In this document: piece after piece, positions 18,193 to 27,072 of the stretch
Position numbering within the stretch: the stretch's first letter is position 1
Layout: each line of letters begins with the position of its first letter
NCBI GenBank assembly: GCA_016218975.1
Contig: JACRCO010000037.1
Span: forward strand, 203,757-267,756
Reading direction: 5' to 3'
DNA: 64,000 bases
From: Deltaproteobacteria bacterium
Lineage (GTDB): Bacteria > Desulfobacterota > Deferrimicrobia > Deferrimicrobiales > Deferrimicrobiaceae
The notes under the pieces: generated by a model
Told to the model about the DNA's origin: nothing
Seen by the model: the letters and a program-made list of their open reading frames with translations, nothing else
Databases searched by the model: none
Made by a program: the position numbers and the translations under genes

Positions 18193-18984
18193 TTAACGCT
18201 CCTCCAGCTTCCGCAGAAAATCGTCTTCCTCGCCGATGTAGGCGCGGATGACGGTGGGATCGTTCGCCACTTCGGCGGGCTCCCCTTCGGCGATCTTCAC
18301 GCCGAAATCGAGGACGCTCACCCGGTGGCTTATGTCCATCACCACGCCGAGGTCGTGCTCGATCAGGAGTATCGTCACCCCCCACTCCTCGTTGATGTCG
18401 AGGATGAAGCGGGCCATGTCCTCTTTTTCCTCAAGGTTCATCCCCGCCATAGGTTCGTCGAGCAGCAGGAGCTTCGGTTTCAGGGAGAGCGCCCGCGCCA
18501 GCTCCACGCGCTTGCGCAGCCCGTAGGCGAGCGTTCCGACCGGCTTCTTGCGGATGTTCTCGATTTCCAGGAAGTCGATTATGTCCTCGACCGCCTTCCG
18601 GTTCTCTATTTCTTCCGTCCGGGCGGGACCGAGGTAAATGCCGCCGGTGAAGAAGCCGCGCTTCAGGTAGAGGTGGCGGCCCAGCATCAGGTTGTCGAGT
18701 ACCGTCATGTGATGGAAGAGTGCGATGTTCTGGAACGTGCGCGCGATCCCAAGGTGGGCGACCCGGTCCGGCTTCATTCCGGTGATCCGGCTCCCTTCGA
18801 ATATGACGCCCCCCTGTTGCGGCTTGTAGACGCAGGAGATGCAGTTGAACACCGACGTCTTGCCGGCGCCGTTCGGGCCTATGATGGCGTGTATTTTACC
18901 CTTTGCGACTTCGATCGACACTCCGTTGATGGCCTTCACGCCCCCGAACGAAAGATGGACGTCGTCGATTTTCAGTAGCGGCAT
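18193..18984 (-). CDS. livG: Branched-chain-type ABC transporter ATP-binding protein (LivG-like)
   Basis: GPNGAGKTS Walker A and the LivG-type insertion. Start trimmed to the ATG at 18984 (MPLLKIDDVHLSFGG). Confidence 0.85.
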   Translation of the reverse strand: MPLLKIDDVHLSFGGVKAINGVSIEVAKGKIHAIIGPNGAGKTSVFNCISCVYKPQQGGVIFEGSRITGMKPDRVAHLGIARTFQNIALFHHMTVLDNLMLGRHLYLKRGFFTGGIYLGPARTEEIENRKAVEDIIDFLEIENIRKKPVGTLAYGLRKRVELARALSLKPKLLLLDEPMAGMNLEEKEDMARFILDINEEWGVTILLIEHDLGVVMDISHRVSVLDFGVKIAEGEPAEVANDPTVIRAYIGEEDDFLRKLEER

Positions 18985-19288
18985 TAATAGATTCCCCCGA
19001 GGTGATCGGAAAATGTAACAGCAATCCACATGCCACCGGCCAACCGGTGTTTGAAATATTTTCTTATGGATAAATGTCCTGAAAGGTCAGGCGGATATGG
19101 CCGGAAAGCTTATGAATAACTTTTAGAATGAATTTCTGTTTTTCGGAATCGGATGGCAACGATACCAAGAAAGCGTCGTAAACTCTTGGTAAAAATGCCA
19201 ATGCGGCGCACGCCCGGTTACACGTAAAGGGCATACCCTATGGCAGGTCATATCTTATGACAGGAAGGACAACCGCCCCGGTACGTGT

Positions 19289-20389
19289 TCATTTCTTGCG
19301 GCGAATTCTCCCGGACCACGCCAGCGCTGCCAATCCGCTTCCGAACAATGTCATGGTTCCCGGCAGAGGCACCGGGGCGGCGTTCGGCGTGAGGAGGAAG
19401 GATCTCGTGGTGCCGTCCGTAGCCTTACCATACCCTACGATCTGCCCGGCGTCGTTGATGTCCGTCGCATAAGTGGCGCCCCATCCGAAGATCTCGGAAA
19501 CGATCATGTTCAGGTCGGTCATTGCCCCGTCGCTGTAGAGGAAGGCGTGATTGCCGTTCCCGGCCGTGCCGGACCACCCGACCACTTGCCCGGCATTGTT
19601 GATGCCGGAGGCAGTCGAAAATCCGCCCAGGGTGCCCAGGTCGATCATCTTGCCGCCGCTGTACAGGAAGGCACGTTGGGCGTTCCCGGCTATGCTGGAC
19701 CACCCTACCACCTGCCCGGAGTTGTTGATCCTCAGGGCTTCACTGCTGCTCCCGCCCAGCGTGCCAATGTCGGTCATCGACACGCCGTTATAGAGGAAGG
19801 CGTGGTAGGCGTATCCGGCAGTAAAGGATCCCCCGACCACCTTCCCGGAGTCGTTGATGCCGGAGGCGCTGCTGTCGGTTCCCCCCACAGTGCCCAGGTC
19901 GGTCATCGTCCCGCCGCTGTACAGGAAGGCGTGCGAGAAGTTTCCGGCTGTGGTGGCCTCTCCGACCACCTTCCCGGAGTCGTTGATGCCGGAGGCACTG
20001 CTGCTTCCGCCCAGCGTGCCCAGGTCGGTCACCGTTCCGCCGCTGTACAGGAAAGCGTGGTTGTTGAATCCGTTTGTGCTGAAACCACCTACCACCTGCC
20101 CGGAATTGTTGATGCCTAAGGCATAGCTCGAGACCCCTCCCAGCGTGCCCAGGTCGGTCATCGTCCCGCCGCTGTACAGGAAGGCGTGCGAGACGTTTCC
20201 GGCTGTGGTGGCCCCTCCGACCACCTGCCCGGAATTGTTGATGTCCTTGGCCTGGGTTAAACTTCCCCCAAGGGTTCCCAGGTCGGTGAAAGTGTAACTG
20301 GGTGATGCAATGGCGGTTCCCGCCGCCGGCAGTATGCACAGTATCGCCCACGCCGCGATTCCTCGCGCTCTTCGATTCCTGAAAATCAC
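19289..20389 (-). CDS. Secreted HAF-family extracellular repeat protein with a PEP-CTERM-like C-terminal sorting tail
   Basis: Eight ~44-aa repeats of the HAFLYSGG(T)MTDLGTLGG(S)... type. C-terminus VPLPGTMTLFGSGLAALAWSGRIRRKK is a P-x-P motif, TM helix and basic tail, i.e. a PEP-CTERM-like exosortase signal. The GTG at 20389 has a GAGGGGGG Shine-Dalgarno and gives the signal peptide VIFRNRRARGIAAWAILCILPAAGTAIA. Confidence 0.65.
   Translation of the reverse strand: MIFRNRRARGIAAWAILCILPAAGTAIASPSYTFTDLGTLGGSLTQAKDINNSGQVVGGATTAGNVSHAFLYSGGTMTDLGTLGGVSSYALGINNSGQVVGGFSTNGFNNHAFLYSGGTVTDLGTLGGSSSASGINDSGKVVGEATTAGNFSHAFLYSGGTMTDLGTVGGTDSSASGINDSGKVVGGSFTAGYAYHAFLYNGVSMTDIGTLGGSSSEALRINNSGQVVGWSSIAGNAQRAFLYSGGKMIDLGTLGGFSTASGINNAGQVVGWSGTAGNGNHAFLYSDGAMTDLNMIVSEIFGWGATYATDINDAGQIVGYGKATDGTTRSFLLTPNAAPVPLPGTMTLFGSGLAALAWSGRIRRKK
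19560..20300. repeat. Intragenic tandem DNA repeats (~132-bp period, ~6 units) encoding the HAF repeats
   Basis: Repeated ggtggg...cacctgcccgg...gttgatgcc...gtcggtcat blocks. Mirrored by repetitive fake ORFs in other frames (19547-20119, 19788-20351). Confidence 0.7.
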
Positions 20390-20485
20390 GGATTGTTCCC
20401 CCCTCTTATTATCGAAGGCTTCCGGCAAGACGACGTCAGTCCGGTATCTGATCCAGATCGCAAACCTTCTTGGCCAATTATTCAC

Positions 20486-20502
20486 CGCAATAATTATGCC
20501 TG
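20486..20502 (-). promoter_or_regulatory. Candidate sigma-54 (-24/-12) promoter for the HAF/PEP-CTERM gene
   Basis: Minus-strand cAGGCATaattaTTGCg gives GG-N10-GC spacing matching TGGCAC-N5-TTGC at 4 of 6 plus 4 of 4 positions. It lies ~95 nt upstream of the GTG start, and two sigma-54 activators flank the gene. Confidence 0.3.
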
Positions 20503-20701
20503 CGGTTCCAATAATCCGCACTTTGCGTAAACTTATTTTTCGTTAATTTTTACTGCAGGATATTCGACAATAAAACTTCGCTACATAAACAGTCTTAAAG
20601 ATTGGACTCCGTTTTAGTAACAAACCGGGTAACTGTACGCAAATTTTTTCACCATCATGCCCGCCCGTACGTCCAGATAATTGCAACCGGGAGGCCGGAG
20701 A

Positions 20702-22090
20702 CTATCCCCCGCGATAGTCGTCGAGCATGATGCCGTAACGTTTCATTTTCTCGGAGAAGTTCTTGTTGTCCATGCCCGCGGCCCTTGCGGCCTCCGTCAG
20801 CTTCCCGCCCGAGCGGCGCAGCAGGTCCTCGATGTACCGTTTCTCGAAGAACGAGACGACGCGCTCCTTCGCCTCGCGGAACGGCATGTCGGAAGAATAC
20901 GGGAACCCTTCGCCTGTCCCGGACGGGAACAACAGGTCGGGCGGGATGCGGAGCTCCTCCCCCTTCTCGCGGATCACGGCGCGCTCGATGATGTTTTCCA
21001 GTTCGCGGACGTTCCCCGGCCAGTCGTACGACTGGATGGCGACGACGCTTTCCGCAGACAGCCGCCTGATCTTCTTTCCGCATTTCCGTGCGAACCTCAA
21101 AAGGAAGATCTCTCCCAGCACGGGGATGTCCTCCTTGCGTTCCCTAAGCGGAGGAACGCGGAGCGGGAAGACGTTCAGCCGGAAGAAAAGGTCCTTGCGG
21201 AACCTGCCGGCGGCCACTTCTTCCTCGAGCGTTTTGTTCGTCGCGGCGATGATGCGCACGTCCACGTCGATCTGCCGGCTCCCGCCGATCCGGATGAATT
21301 TCCGCTCCTGTATCGCCGAGAGCAGCTTCGTCTGCAGGGAAAGGGGGACTTCCCCGATCTCGTCGAGGAACAGGGTTCCGCCGTCCGCCAGGTGAAAGTG
21401 GCCCTTTCGCTCGCTTGTGGCCCCGGTGAAGGAGCCCTTCGCGAAGCCGAACAGTTCCGATTCGAAGAGCGTCTCGGGAATCGCCGCGCAGTTGATCTCG
21501 ATCAGAGGCCCGTTCTTCCTCGGACCGCTGTAGTGGATGCCGCGGGCGATCAGCTGTTTCCCCGTGCCGGTCTCCCCCGAAAGCAATACCGTGGTGTCGA
21601 GAGGCAAAACGTTATCGACGTCCTCCTGGAGGCGGCGCATCGCGGTACTCTCGCAGACCACCGTCTTCCGGAATTCGAACGCCTCCTGGTTGCGCGTGGC
21701 CCGGTACTTGTCCGCGACCCGCAGGTCGTGGATCTCGAGGATGCGCCGGACCATGAGCAGCATCTCGTCGGGCTCGAAGGGCTTCAGGATATAGTCTCCC
21801 GCCCCCGCCTTCATCGCGTCGACGGCCGTCTTGATGCTCCCGTATGCCGTCATGAGAATCACCGGGAGTTCGGGAAACTCCTCGTGGAGGGAGGCGGTGA
21901 AGGCGATGCCGTCCGTGCCGGGCATCCGGACGTCGCTCACGACAAGGTCGAACTCGTCGTTCCGCAGTTTCTCCCACGCCGCGGGTACCGAGGAGGCCGT
22001 GTCGACCAGGAAGCCCGCCGAGAGGATCGTCTTGGCGAGCGGACGGAGGAATATCTCCTCGTCGTCGACCAGCAGGATCTTCCGCTTCAT
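20702..22090 (-). CDS. Sigma-54-dependent response regulator (NtrC/CbrB-like)
   Basis: Receiver (LLVDDEEIFL...DVRMPGTDG), AAA+ core (GETGTGKQ, ESELFGFAKGSFTGA), C-terminal HTH. 4-nt overlap with the upstream kinase. Confidence 0.85.
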   Translation of the reverse strand: MKRKILLVDDEEIFLRPLAKTILSAGFLVDTASSVPAAWEKLRNDEFDLVVSDVRMPGTDGIAFTASLHEEFPELPVILMTAYGSIKTAVDAMKAGAGDYILKPFEPDEMLLMVRRILEIHDLRVADKYRATRNQEAFEFRKTVVCESTAMRRLQEDVDNVLPLDTTVLLSGETGTGKQLIARGIHYSGPRKNGPLIEINCAAIPETLFESELFGFAKGSFTGATSERKGHFHLADGGTLFLDEIGEVPLSLQTKLLSAIQERKFIRIGGSRQIDVDVRIIAATNKTLEEEVAAGRFRKDLFFRLNVFPLRVPPLRERKEDIPVLGEIFLLRFARKCGKKIRRLSAESVVAIQSYDWPGNVRELENIIERAVIREKGEELRIPPDLLFPSGTGEGFPYSSDMPFREAKERVVSFFEKRYIEDLLRRSGGKLTEAARAAGMDNKNFSEKMKRYGIMLDDYRGG

Positions 22091-25000
22091 GGGTTTCCTC
22101 CTCCCGCCCCGAATGGGAAACGCGGCAGAGTTACGGACACCTGCGTCCCTTTTCCTTCCCGGGATGCGACCCGCACTTCCCCGCCGTGAAGCTCGACAAG
22201 ACGCTTGACGATGGGCATTCCCAGCCCCACCCCCTGCGCCTTCGTCGTGTAGAACGGCTGGAACACCTTCGCTACCTCCTCCGCGGTCATGCCCTGGCCG
22301 TTATCTTCGACCGAAAGCCGCACGAAACCGTCCTGCCCCGCAACGCTTACGTTCACCCTTCCGCTTCCCGGAGGGGCCGCCTCGACGGCATTCTTCACGA
22401 TGTTGGTGATAACCTGCTTGATCCGAACCCCGTCCACCGCAGCCGTCAGCGGTCCTCCCGAACCGGTCACTTCCACTACCACGCCTCTCTCCCCCCAGTC
22501 TTCCTCCAGCCCGAAAACCGCCGACTTCGCTATCCCGTGCAGGTCGTACTCGTCCACCTGGAGGACGATCTCCCGCGTGTAGTCGAGCAGCTCGTTGACG
22601 ATCACTTCCATCGATCCTACCGCGTCACGGATGTGTTCCACCACGTCCGCTTCCTCCGCACCGCGGATTTCGTCCCGAAGCAGCCGCAGGCTCATCTTGA
22701 TGGAGCCCAGCGGATTCCGGATCTCGTGCGCGACCCCTGCGGCCATCTGGCCCAGCGAGGCGAGCTTCTCGCTCTGCAGCATTTTGTTCTGCATCGCCTT
22801 GATCTCGGTGAGGTCCTTGAAAGACGAGACGAAGCCCATCGGCTTGCCCCGGTCGTCGATGATCTTCGCGGTGGAAAGAAGCGCGTCCGCGGTGGTCCCG
22901 TCCTTCCGGACGATCTCGACCTCGCCCCGCCAGAAACCGGTCCTGTAGGTGGAGCGGGCGATGATCCGGCGCTTCTCGCGGTACTCCGTGTCGCAGATCA
23001 GGATGTTGAAGTCGAATCCGATCATTTCCGACTCCGCGCGCTGGAAGAGACGGCAGGCGCCCTCGTTGACGTTGATGATCCTTCCGTCGAAGTCGAGCGA
23101 GACGATGCCGTCGTCTATGCTCCTCACGACGCTGGCAAGAAACCTCTCCTTCGCCCTGATCTCCCCTTCCTTGTGCGAAATCTCCTCACGCGTGCTTGCG
23201 AGGTCCTTCTCCATCTCCCTGTACGATTCGACCAGCGTGCGCGCTTCGGCCAGCGAAAGCGGGAGCATGTCGCGCAGGACGTTCCTGGCGGCGATGACGC
23301 CGATCGATCCGGTCAGGATCCGCTCCAGCCGCTGCGGCAGGTCCATCTGCCGTATCACGGCTTCGCGCGTCTCCCCGCGGTTTTTCACTTCCCGGATCTC
23401 CCTGACCACCTCCCCGATCTCCCCGTCCTTTTCGTGGCCCGCGTACCGCGTCACCACTTCCTCGACATCTTCCAATGAAAGGTAATGCGCACCCCCGGCG
23501 GAGGCGATTACAGGCACCGCCGCGGGGAACCGTCGCCCTGTCGCCGCCGGGTCGAACCGCTCGAACCGGCGGTCCTCCTCCCGGCCAGGTGCGGCCAGGT
23601 AGGATCCGGCGACGAAACCGAGGCAATTGAGAAACAGGCTCCAGAAGACGGCGTTTCCCACAGGGTCCGCGATGCCCAGCCCCAGAAGCCGTGTCGGCGC
23701 GAGGACCGCTATCCCGAAGGGCCCGTCGGCGAGTATCCCGCCCCCCACGAAGCCGGCCTTCACCATTGCGGGGAGGACAAGGGTGTAGAACCAGGCGGCG
23801 AAACCCAGGCAGATGCCCAGCAGAGCCCCCCTCGTGCTCGCGCGTTTCCAGTAGAGCCCGCCGAAGACCGCGGGGCCGAACTGTGCGACGGCGACGAAGG
23901 AGATGACGCCGATTTCCATCAGGACCATGTTGCGCGACATGAGCATCGCATAGAGGTACCCGAGCATGAGGACGATCAGCATCGAGCCGCGGGCGGCAGC
24001 CAGCAGGTAGGTATAGGCGTGGAACCCTTTCCGAAGCCGCAGGATCGCCGGGATCACGAGGTTGTTCGCGACCATCTTTCCCAGAGCGACGGATGAAACC
24101 ATCACCATGGCGGTGGCGGCCGAGAACCCCCCGAGGAATACGGCGAGGCTCAAGGACCTGTTCCCCGCCAGCATGGGAATGGAGAGGATGTACTTGTCGC
24201 CCGCGGAGGCCGGCAACCCGAGGAGGATGCCGCCGAACGCGATCGGGATCACGAACATGTTGATCGCGAGCAGGTAGAGCGGGAACATCCACATGGCGGT
24301 CTTTATGTGCTTCTCGTCGTTGTTCTGCACGACGAGGATGTGGAACTGGCGGGGAAGCAGCAGCACGTCGATCGAGGCTATCGCCATGTACGCCAGCCAG
24401 CGTGAATAGCCCCCTCCCGGGACGTCCCTGACCGTCGCAAGGCGGCTCCATTCGGGGTGCGACAGGATCCTTCCGTATATATCTCCCATCCCGTCGAAGA
24501 CGCCGTAGCAGACGAAAAGCCCCGCCGCCACGAAGATCACGATCTTGACGACGGACTCCAGCGCGACCGCCGTCAGCAGGCCTCCCTGGGGCTTCGTGAA
24601 GTCGAGGTAGCGGCCTCCGAAGAAAAGAGCGAACGCCCCGAGGAACAGGAACACCAGGAGCATCGGCTCCGCGTATCCTGACCTTCCCCCTGCGGACCCG
24701 GCGATCAGGTCGAACGAGATGGAGACCGCGCGCAGCTGCAGCGATATGTAGGGGACGCTGCCGACTACGAGGAGCAACGTCGCGAGCGGACCGATCCAGG
24801 CATGCCCGCCGTACCGCACGCTCAGGAAATCCGGCACCGACGTGATGTTGTGCGCCCGGCAGACACGCACCATCTTCCTTAGGAAAAACCACCAGCAAAG
24901 GGCGAAGACCGATGGGCCGATGAACAACCCGAGGAATGATCCCCCGTACTCCGCCGCGTTCCCGATGCAGCCGTAGAACGTCCAGGATGTGCAGTACACG

Positions 25001-25152
25001 CAGGCGGCGAAGACGTAGATGTACCGGTCAAGCCCGCGCTCCCGGATAGCCGGAAACCAGCGCTCGCCAAGGTAGCCGACGCCGAAAAGGAGCAGCAGGT
25101 ACGCCGATATGAGCGCAAGCACCGCCGTGCCGGAAAACAGGGGGGGAGGCAC
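22087..25152 (-). CDS. Sensor histidine kinase with an N-terminal sodium:solute symporter (SSS/SLC5) domain, a PAS domain and HisKA/HATPase (CbrA-like)
   Basis: ~500-aa polytopic N-terminus with SSS-like helices; PAS (ASVVRSIDDGIVSLDFDGRIINVNEGA); H-box AAGVAHEIRNPL; G-boxes DNGQGM / GLGMPIVKRL. Confidence 0.8.
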   Translation of the reverse strand: MPPPLFSGTAVLALISAYLLLLFGVGYLGERWFPAIRERGLDRYIYVFAACVYCTSWTFYGCIGNAAEYGGSFLGLFIGPSVFALCWWFFLRKMVRVCRAHNITSVPDFLSVRYGGHAWIGPLATLLLVVGSVPYISLQLRAVSISFDLIAGSAGGRSGYAEPMLLVFLFLGAFALFFGGRYLDFTKPQGGLLTAVALESVVKIVIFVAAGLFVCYGVFDGMGDIYGRILSHPEWSRLATVRDVPGGGYSRWLAYMAIASIDVLLLPRQFHILVVQNNDEKHIKTAMWMFPLYLLAINMFVIPIAFGGILLGLPASAGDKYILSIPMLAGNRSLSLAVFLGGFSAATAMVMVSSVALGKMVANNLVIPAILRLRKGFHAYTYLLAAARGSMLIVLMLGYLYAMLMSRNMVLMEIGVISFVAVAQFGPAVFGGLYWKRASTRGALLGICLGFAAWFYTLVLPAMVKAGFVGGGILADGPFGIAVLAPTRLLGLGIADPVGNAVFWSLFLNCLGFVAGSYLAAPGREEDRRFERFDPAATGRRFPAAVPVIASAGGAHYLSLEDVEEVVTRYAGHEKDGEIGEVVREIREVKNRGETREAVIRQMDLPQRLERILTGSIGVIAARNVLRDMLPLSLAEARTLVESYREMEKDLASTREEISHKEGEIRAKERFLASVVRSIDDGIVSLDFDGRIINVNEGACRLFQRAESEMIGFDFNILICDTEYREKRRIIARSTYRTGFWRGEVEIVRKDGTTADALLSTAKIIDDRGKPMGFVSSFKDLTEIKAMQNKMLQSEKLASLGQMAAGVAHEIRNPLGSIKMSLRLLRDEIRGAEEADVVEHIRDAVGSMEVIVNELLDYTREIVLQVDEYDLHGIAKSAVFGLEEDWGERGVVVEVTGSGGPLTAAVDGVRIKQVITNIVKNAVEAAPPGSGRVNVSVAGQDGFVRLSVEDNGQGMTAEEVAKVFQPFYTTKAQGVGLGMPIVKRLVELHGGEVRVASREGKGTQVSVTLPRFPFGAGGGNP

Positions 25153-25153
25153 G

Positions 25154-25342
25154 TCAGTCCTCCAGCTTCCGGCTTGCGACCGCCAGGAAAACGACGAGAA
25201 CCGCCCATCCGAGGAACAGGTAAATGAAGATGGATGGGATCCCGAGGATGGACATGGCTCGGTCCGCCGCGCCTATAAACGGCCAGCAGAACACGCACAG
25301 GAAAATGAAGCAAAGCGCCTTGGCGAAACCTTCGCCGCCCAT
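25154..25342 (-). CDS. Small two-TM membrane protein, DUF4212-like (SSS-transporter small subunit)
   Basis: 62 aa, two hydrophobic helices, ends 2 nt before the SSS-domain kinase start. DUF4212 proteins typically sit immediately upstream of SSS transporters. The family assignment is from memory only. Confidence 0.4.
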   Translation of the reverse strand: MGGEGFAKALCFIFLCVFCWPFIGAADRAMSILGIPSIFIYLFLGWAVLVVFLAVASRKLED

Positions 25343-25491
25343 CCGCCGTCCCTTCGTCCGCCGTCCCTTCGTTGATTTCCCCGGATGCCCTATTGTACTA
25401 TCAGAATCGTCATGGATGCGTTCGTACTGATCCCACTTGCCCTCCTTCTGGCTGGCTCCATAGCCGTCATCCTTACGGTGTACATGTACAA

Positions 25492-25995
25492 GTGAGCCGG
25501 TTCCCGATCGTACTGGCCGCGTTTCTGCTTCTGTCTCCTTCCGCGGCCGGAGCCGACATATACCGTTGGGTCGACGAAAGCGGCACAGCCCATTTCACCG
25601 ACGATGTTTCGAACATTCCCGCTCCCTACCGCGGGAAGGCGAAGACCATCATCAAGGAAGCCCCGCCGGAAACCTCTCCGGCTCCTCGTCCCGAGCCGGC
25701 ATTCCAGCCTCCTGCGCCGCACAACACGCCCGCGTCGCAAGAAGATGCCGAACTTGAAGCGGCCCGGGAGCGTGATGCGCTCGCGTCGGAAGTGGAGCAG
25801 ATGAAGGCGAAAATCAACGCGAAGGAAACGCTTGTCAAGACTGTGGACGACCGGCGGAACCTGGCGCTTAATCCCTTACGCGCACGCGTCGTTGATCCGG
25901 CGGACCTCGACCTGTACGAAAAATACAAGGCGGAGCTGCCACAGGACCGTGAAAGGCTGCAGGAACTCGAGAATCGCCTCCAGTCGTTCAGATAA
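25492..25995 (+). CDS. DUF4124-domain secreted protein
   Basis: Signal peptide VSRFPIVLAAFLLLSPSAAGA then DIYRWVDESGTAHFTD (DUF4124 hallmark), a Pro-rich linker and a coiled-coil tail. ORF-track TTG start trimmed to the GTG at 25492. Confidence 0.6.
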   Translation: MSRFPIVLAAFLLLSPSAAGADIYRWVDESGTAHFTDDVSNIPAPYRGKAKTIIKEAPPETSPAPRPEPAFQPPAPHNTPASQEDAELEAARERDALASEVEQMKAKINAKETLVKTVDDRRNLALNPLRARVVDPADLDLYEKYKAELPQDRERLQELENRLQSFR

Positions 25996-26932
25996 CCCCG
26001 AATTCCTCCGGGAGCGGCGCGGACACGGAAACCGGCTCCTTGCGCGAAGGGTGTGTAAACCGCACTTCCCCGGCATGCAGCATCAGGCGGAGCTTTCCGG
26101 GTCCCTCGGCGGGAACCGTGCCGTACCGGCGGTCGCCCACGATAGGGTACCCCGCGGCCGCAAGGTGCGCCCGGATCTGGTGCCGTTTACCCTTCGATAT
26201 CACGGCGCGGACGAGAGTGCGGTCCGCCGAGATACGAATCGGCCGCACATAGGTCCAGTATAACGGGTCCTCCTCGAACCGGTCCGTCCGTACCCTCACC
26301 TTATCCCCTCCCGACGGGTCGAGAAGGAAGGAAAGCGACATCTCCTTATCCATGCGGCCGCTGACGAGACATATATACGTTTTGACGATCCGCCCTTTTT
26401 CGCGCTCGCGCCGCAGGAATTCGAATGCCTCGCCGGATAGCGCGGCCGGCACCGCTCCGCTCGTCGCGTAATCGAGCCGCGTAAGGAGGGTAAGCCCCGG
26501 TTCCCTCGATATCTCCATGACTTCCGGATGTTTCCAGCGCAGGTATCCCGCGAGCGTCCCTCCTTCCAGCGGCCTCTGAGGCTCCGTGTGGACGTTTGCC
26601 GGCTTCAGCAGAACGGCCGCCCCGCCGTCCTCGTGAAGGATGGCGGCGCCGGGCAGGTCCCCCGCCACAGGCAGCCAGTCGTCCCGATCCGCGATGCGCC
26701 GGACGGACACTACCTCCCCCGCCCTCAGTATCCGGCCCTTCGCCTCGGCCTTTCCGCCTACCGCAACATCCCCGCCTTCGATGGCGAAGCGGATGCTTTT
26801 CGCCGGCAGATCCGGGAACACACGGCGGAGGAGCCGGTCCAGCCTGGATCCGTCCATCTCGTCCGGAACCTTCCGTATCAGTCTTTCACGCACCTTGAAA
26901 CCCCTGCCGTTTCCGGAGGATATGCGGCACAT
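25988..26932 (-). CDS. RluA-family pseudouridine synthase with an N-terminal S4 domain (RluD/RluC-like)
   Basis: S4 domain (RLDRLLRRVF), catalytic HRLDYATSG, C-terminal KRHQIRAHLAAAGYPIVGDRRYG. The internal ATG at 26932 was placed by codon arithmetic and its coordinate is uncertain by +/-3 nt. Confidence 0.8.
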   Translation of the reverse strand: MCRISSGNGRGFKVRERLIRKVPDEMDGSRLDRLLRRVFPDLPAKSIRFAIEGGDVAVGGKAEAKGRILRAGEVVSVRRIADRDDWLPVAGDLPGAAILHEDGGAAVLLKPANVHTEPQRPLEGGTLAGYLRWKHPEVMEISREPGLTLLTRLDYATSGAVPAALSGEAFEFLRREREKGRIVKTYICLVSGRMDKEMSLSFLLDPSGGDKVRVRTDRFEEDPLYWTYVRPIRISADRTLVRAVISKGKRHQIRAHLAAAGYPIVGDRRYGTVPAEGPGKLRLMLHAGEVRFTHPSRKEPVSVSAPLPEEFGVI

Positions 26933-27072
26933 TGTACCGCCGCAAGGCACTGCCCGGCGATGGCCATGTTTCCCATTGACACCCTCCGGACGTTTTGTAT
27001 ACTGTATACAGTCGACCATCCTTCAACCCGAATTCGCAACCGGCGTACGTAACCGCAGAAGGAGGAAGGGAT

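Noticed and set aside
16622-18385. 587-aa minus-strand ORF (Arg/Gly/Pro-rich) spanning the acyl-CoA synthetase and livG genes in another frame
   Set aside because: Extreme low-complexity composition (RRGDGH..., GRG...). It is fully nested in a frame shifted against genes with clear AMP-binding and ABC motifs. This is a typical high-GC spurious ORF.
19547-20351. Highly repetitive overlapping ORFs (190 aa, 187 aa, 90 aa, 80 aa) in the HAF gene region; considered as a possible CRISPR-like or separate repeat gene family
   Set aside because: They are alternative-frame shadows of the ~132-bp tandem coding repeats of the HAF protein. The repeats are contiguous with no unique spacers, so this is not a CRISPR array.
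22186-24898. Long plus-strand (430 aa, 22186-23478) and minus-strand (570 aa, 23186-24898) alternative-frame ORFs overlapping the SSS-domain sensor kinase
   Set aside because: No domain motifs. Arg/Pro/His-rich. Antisense or out-of-frame to a 1021-aa gene with coherent SSS, PAS, HisKA and HATPase architecture.
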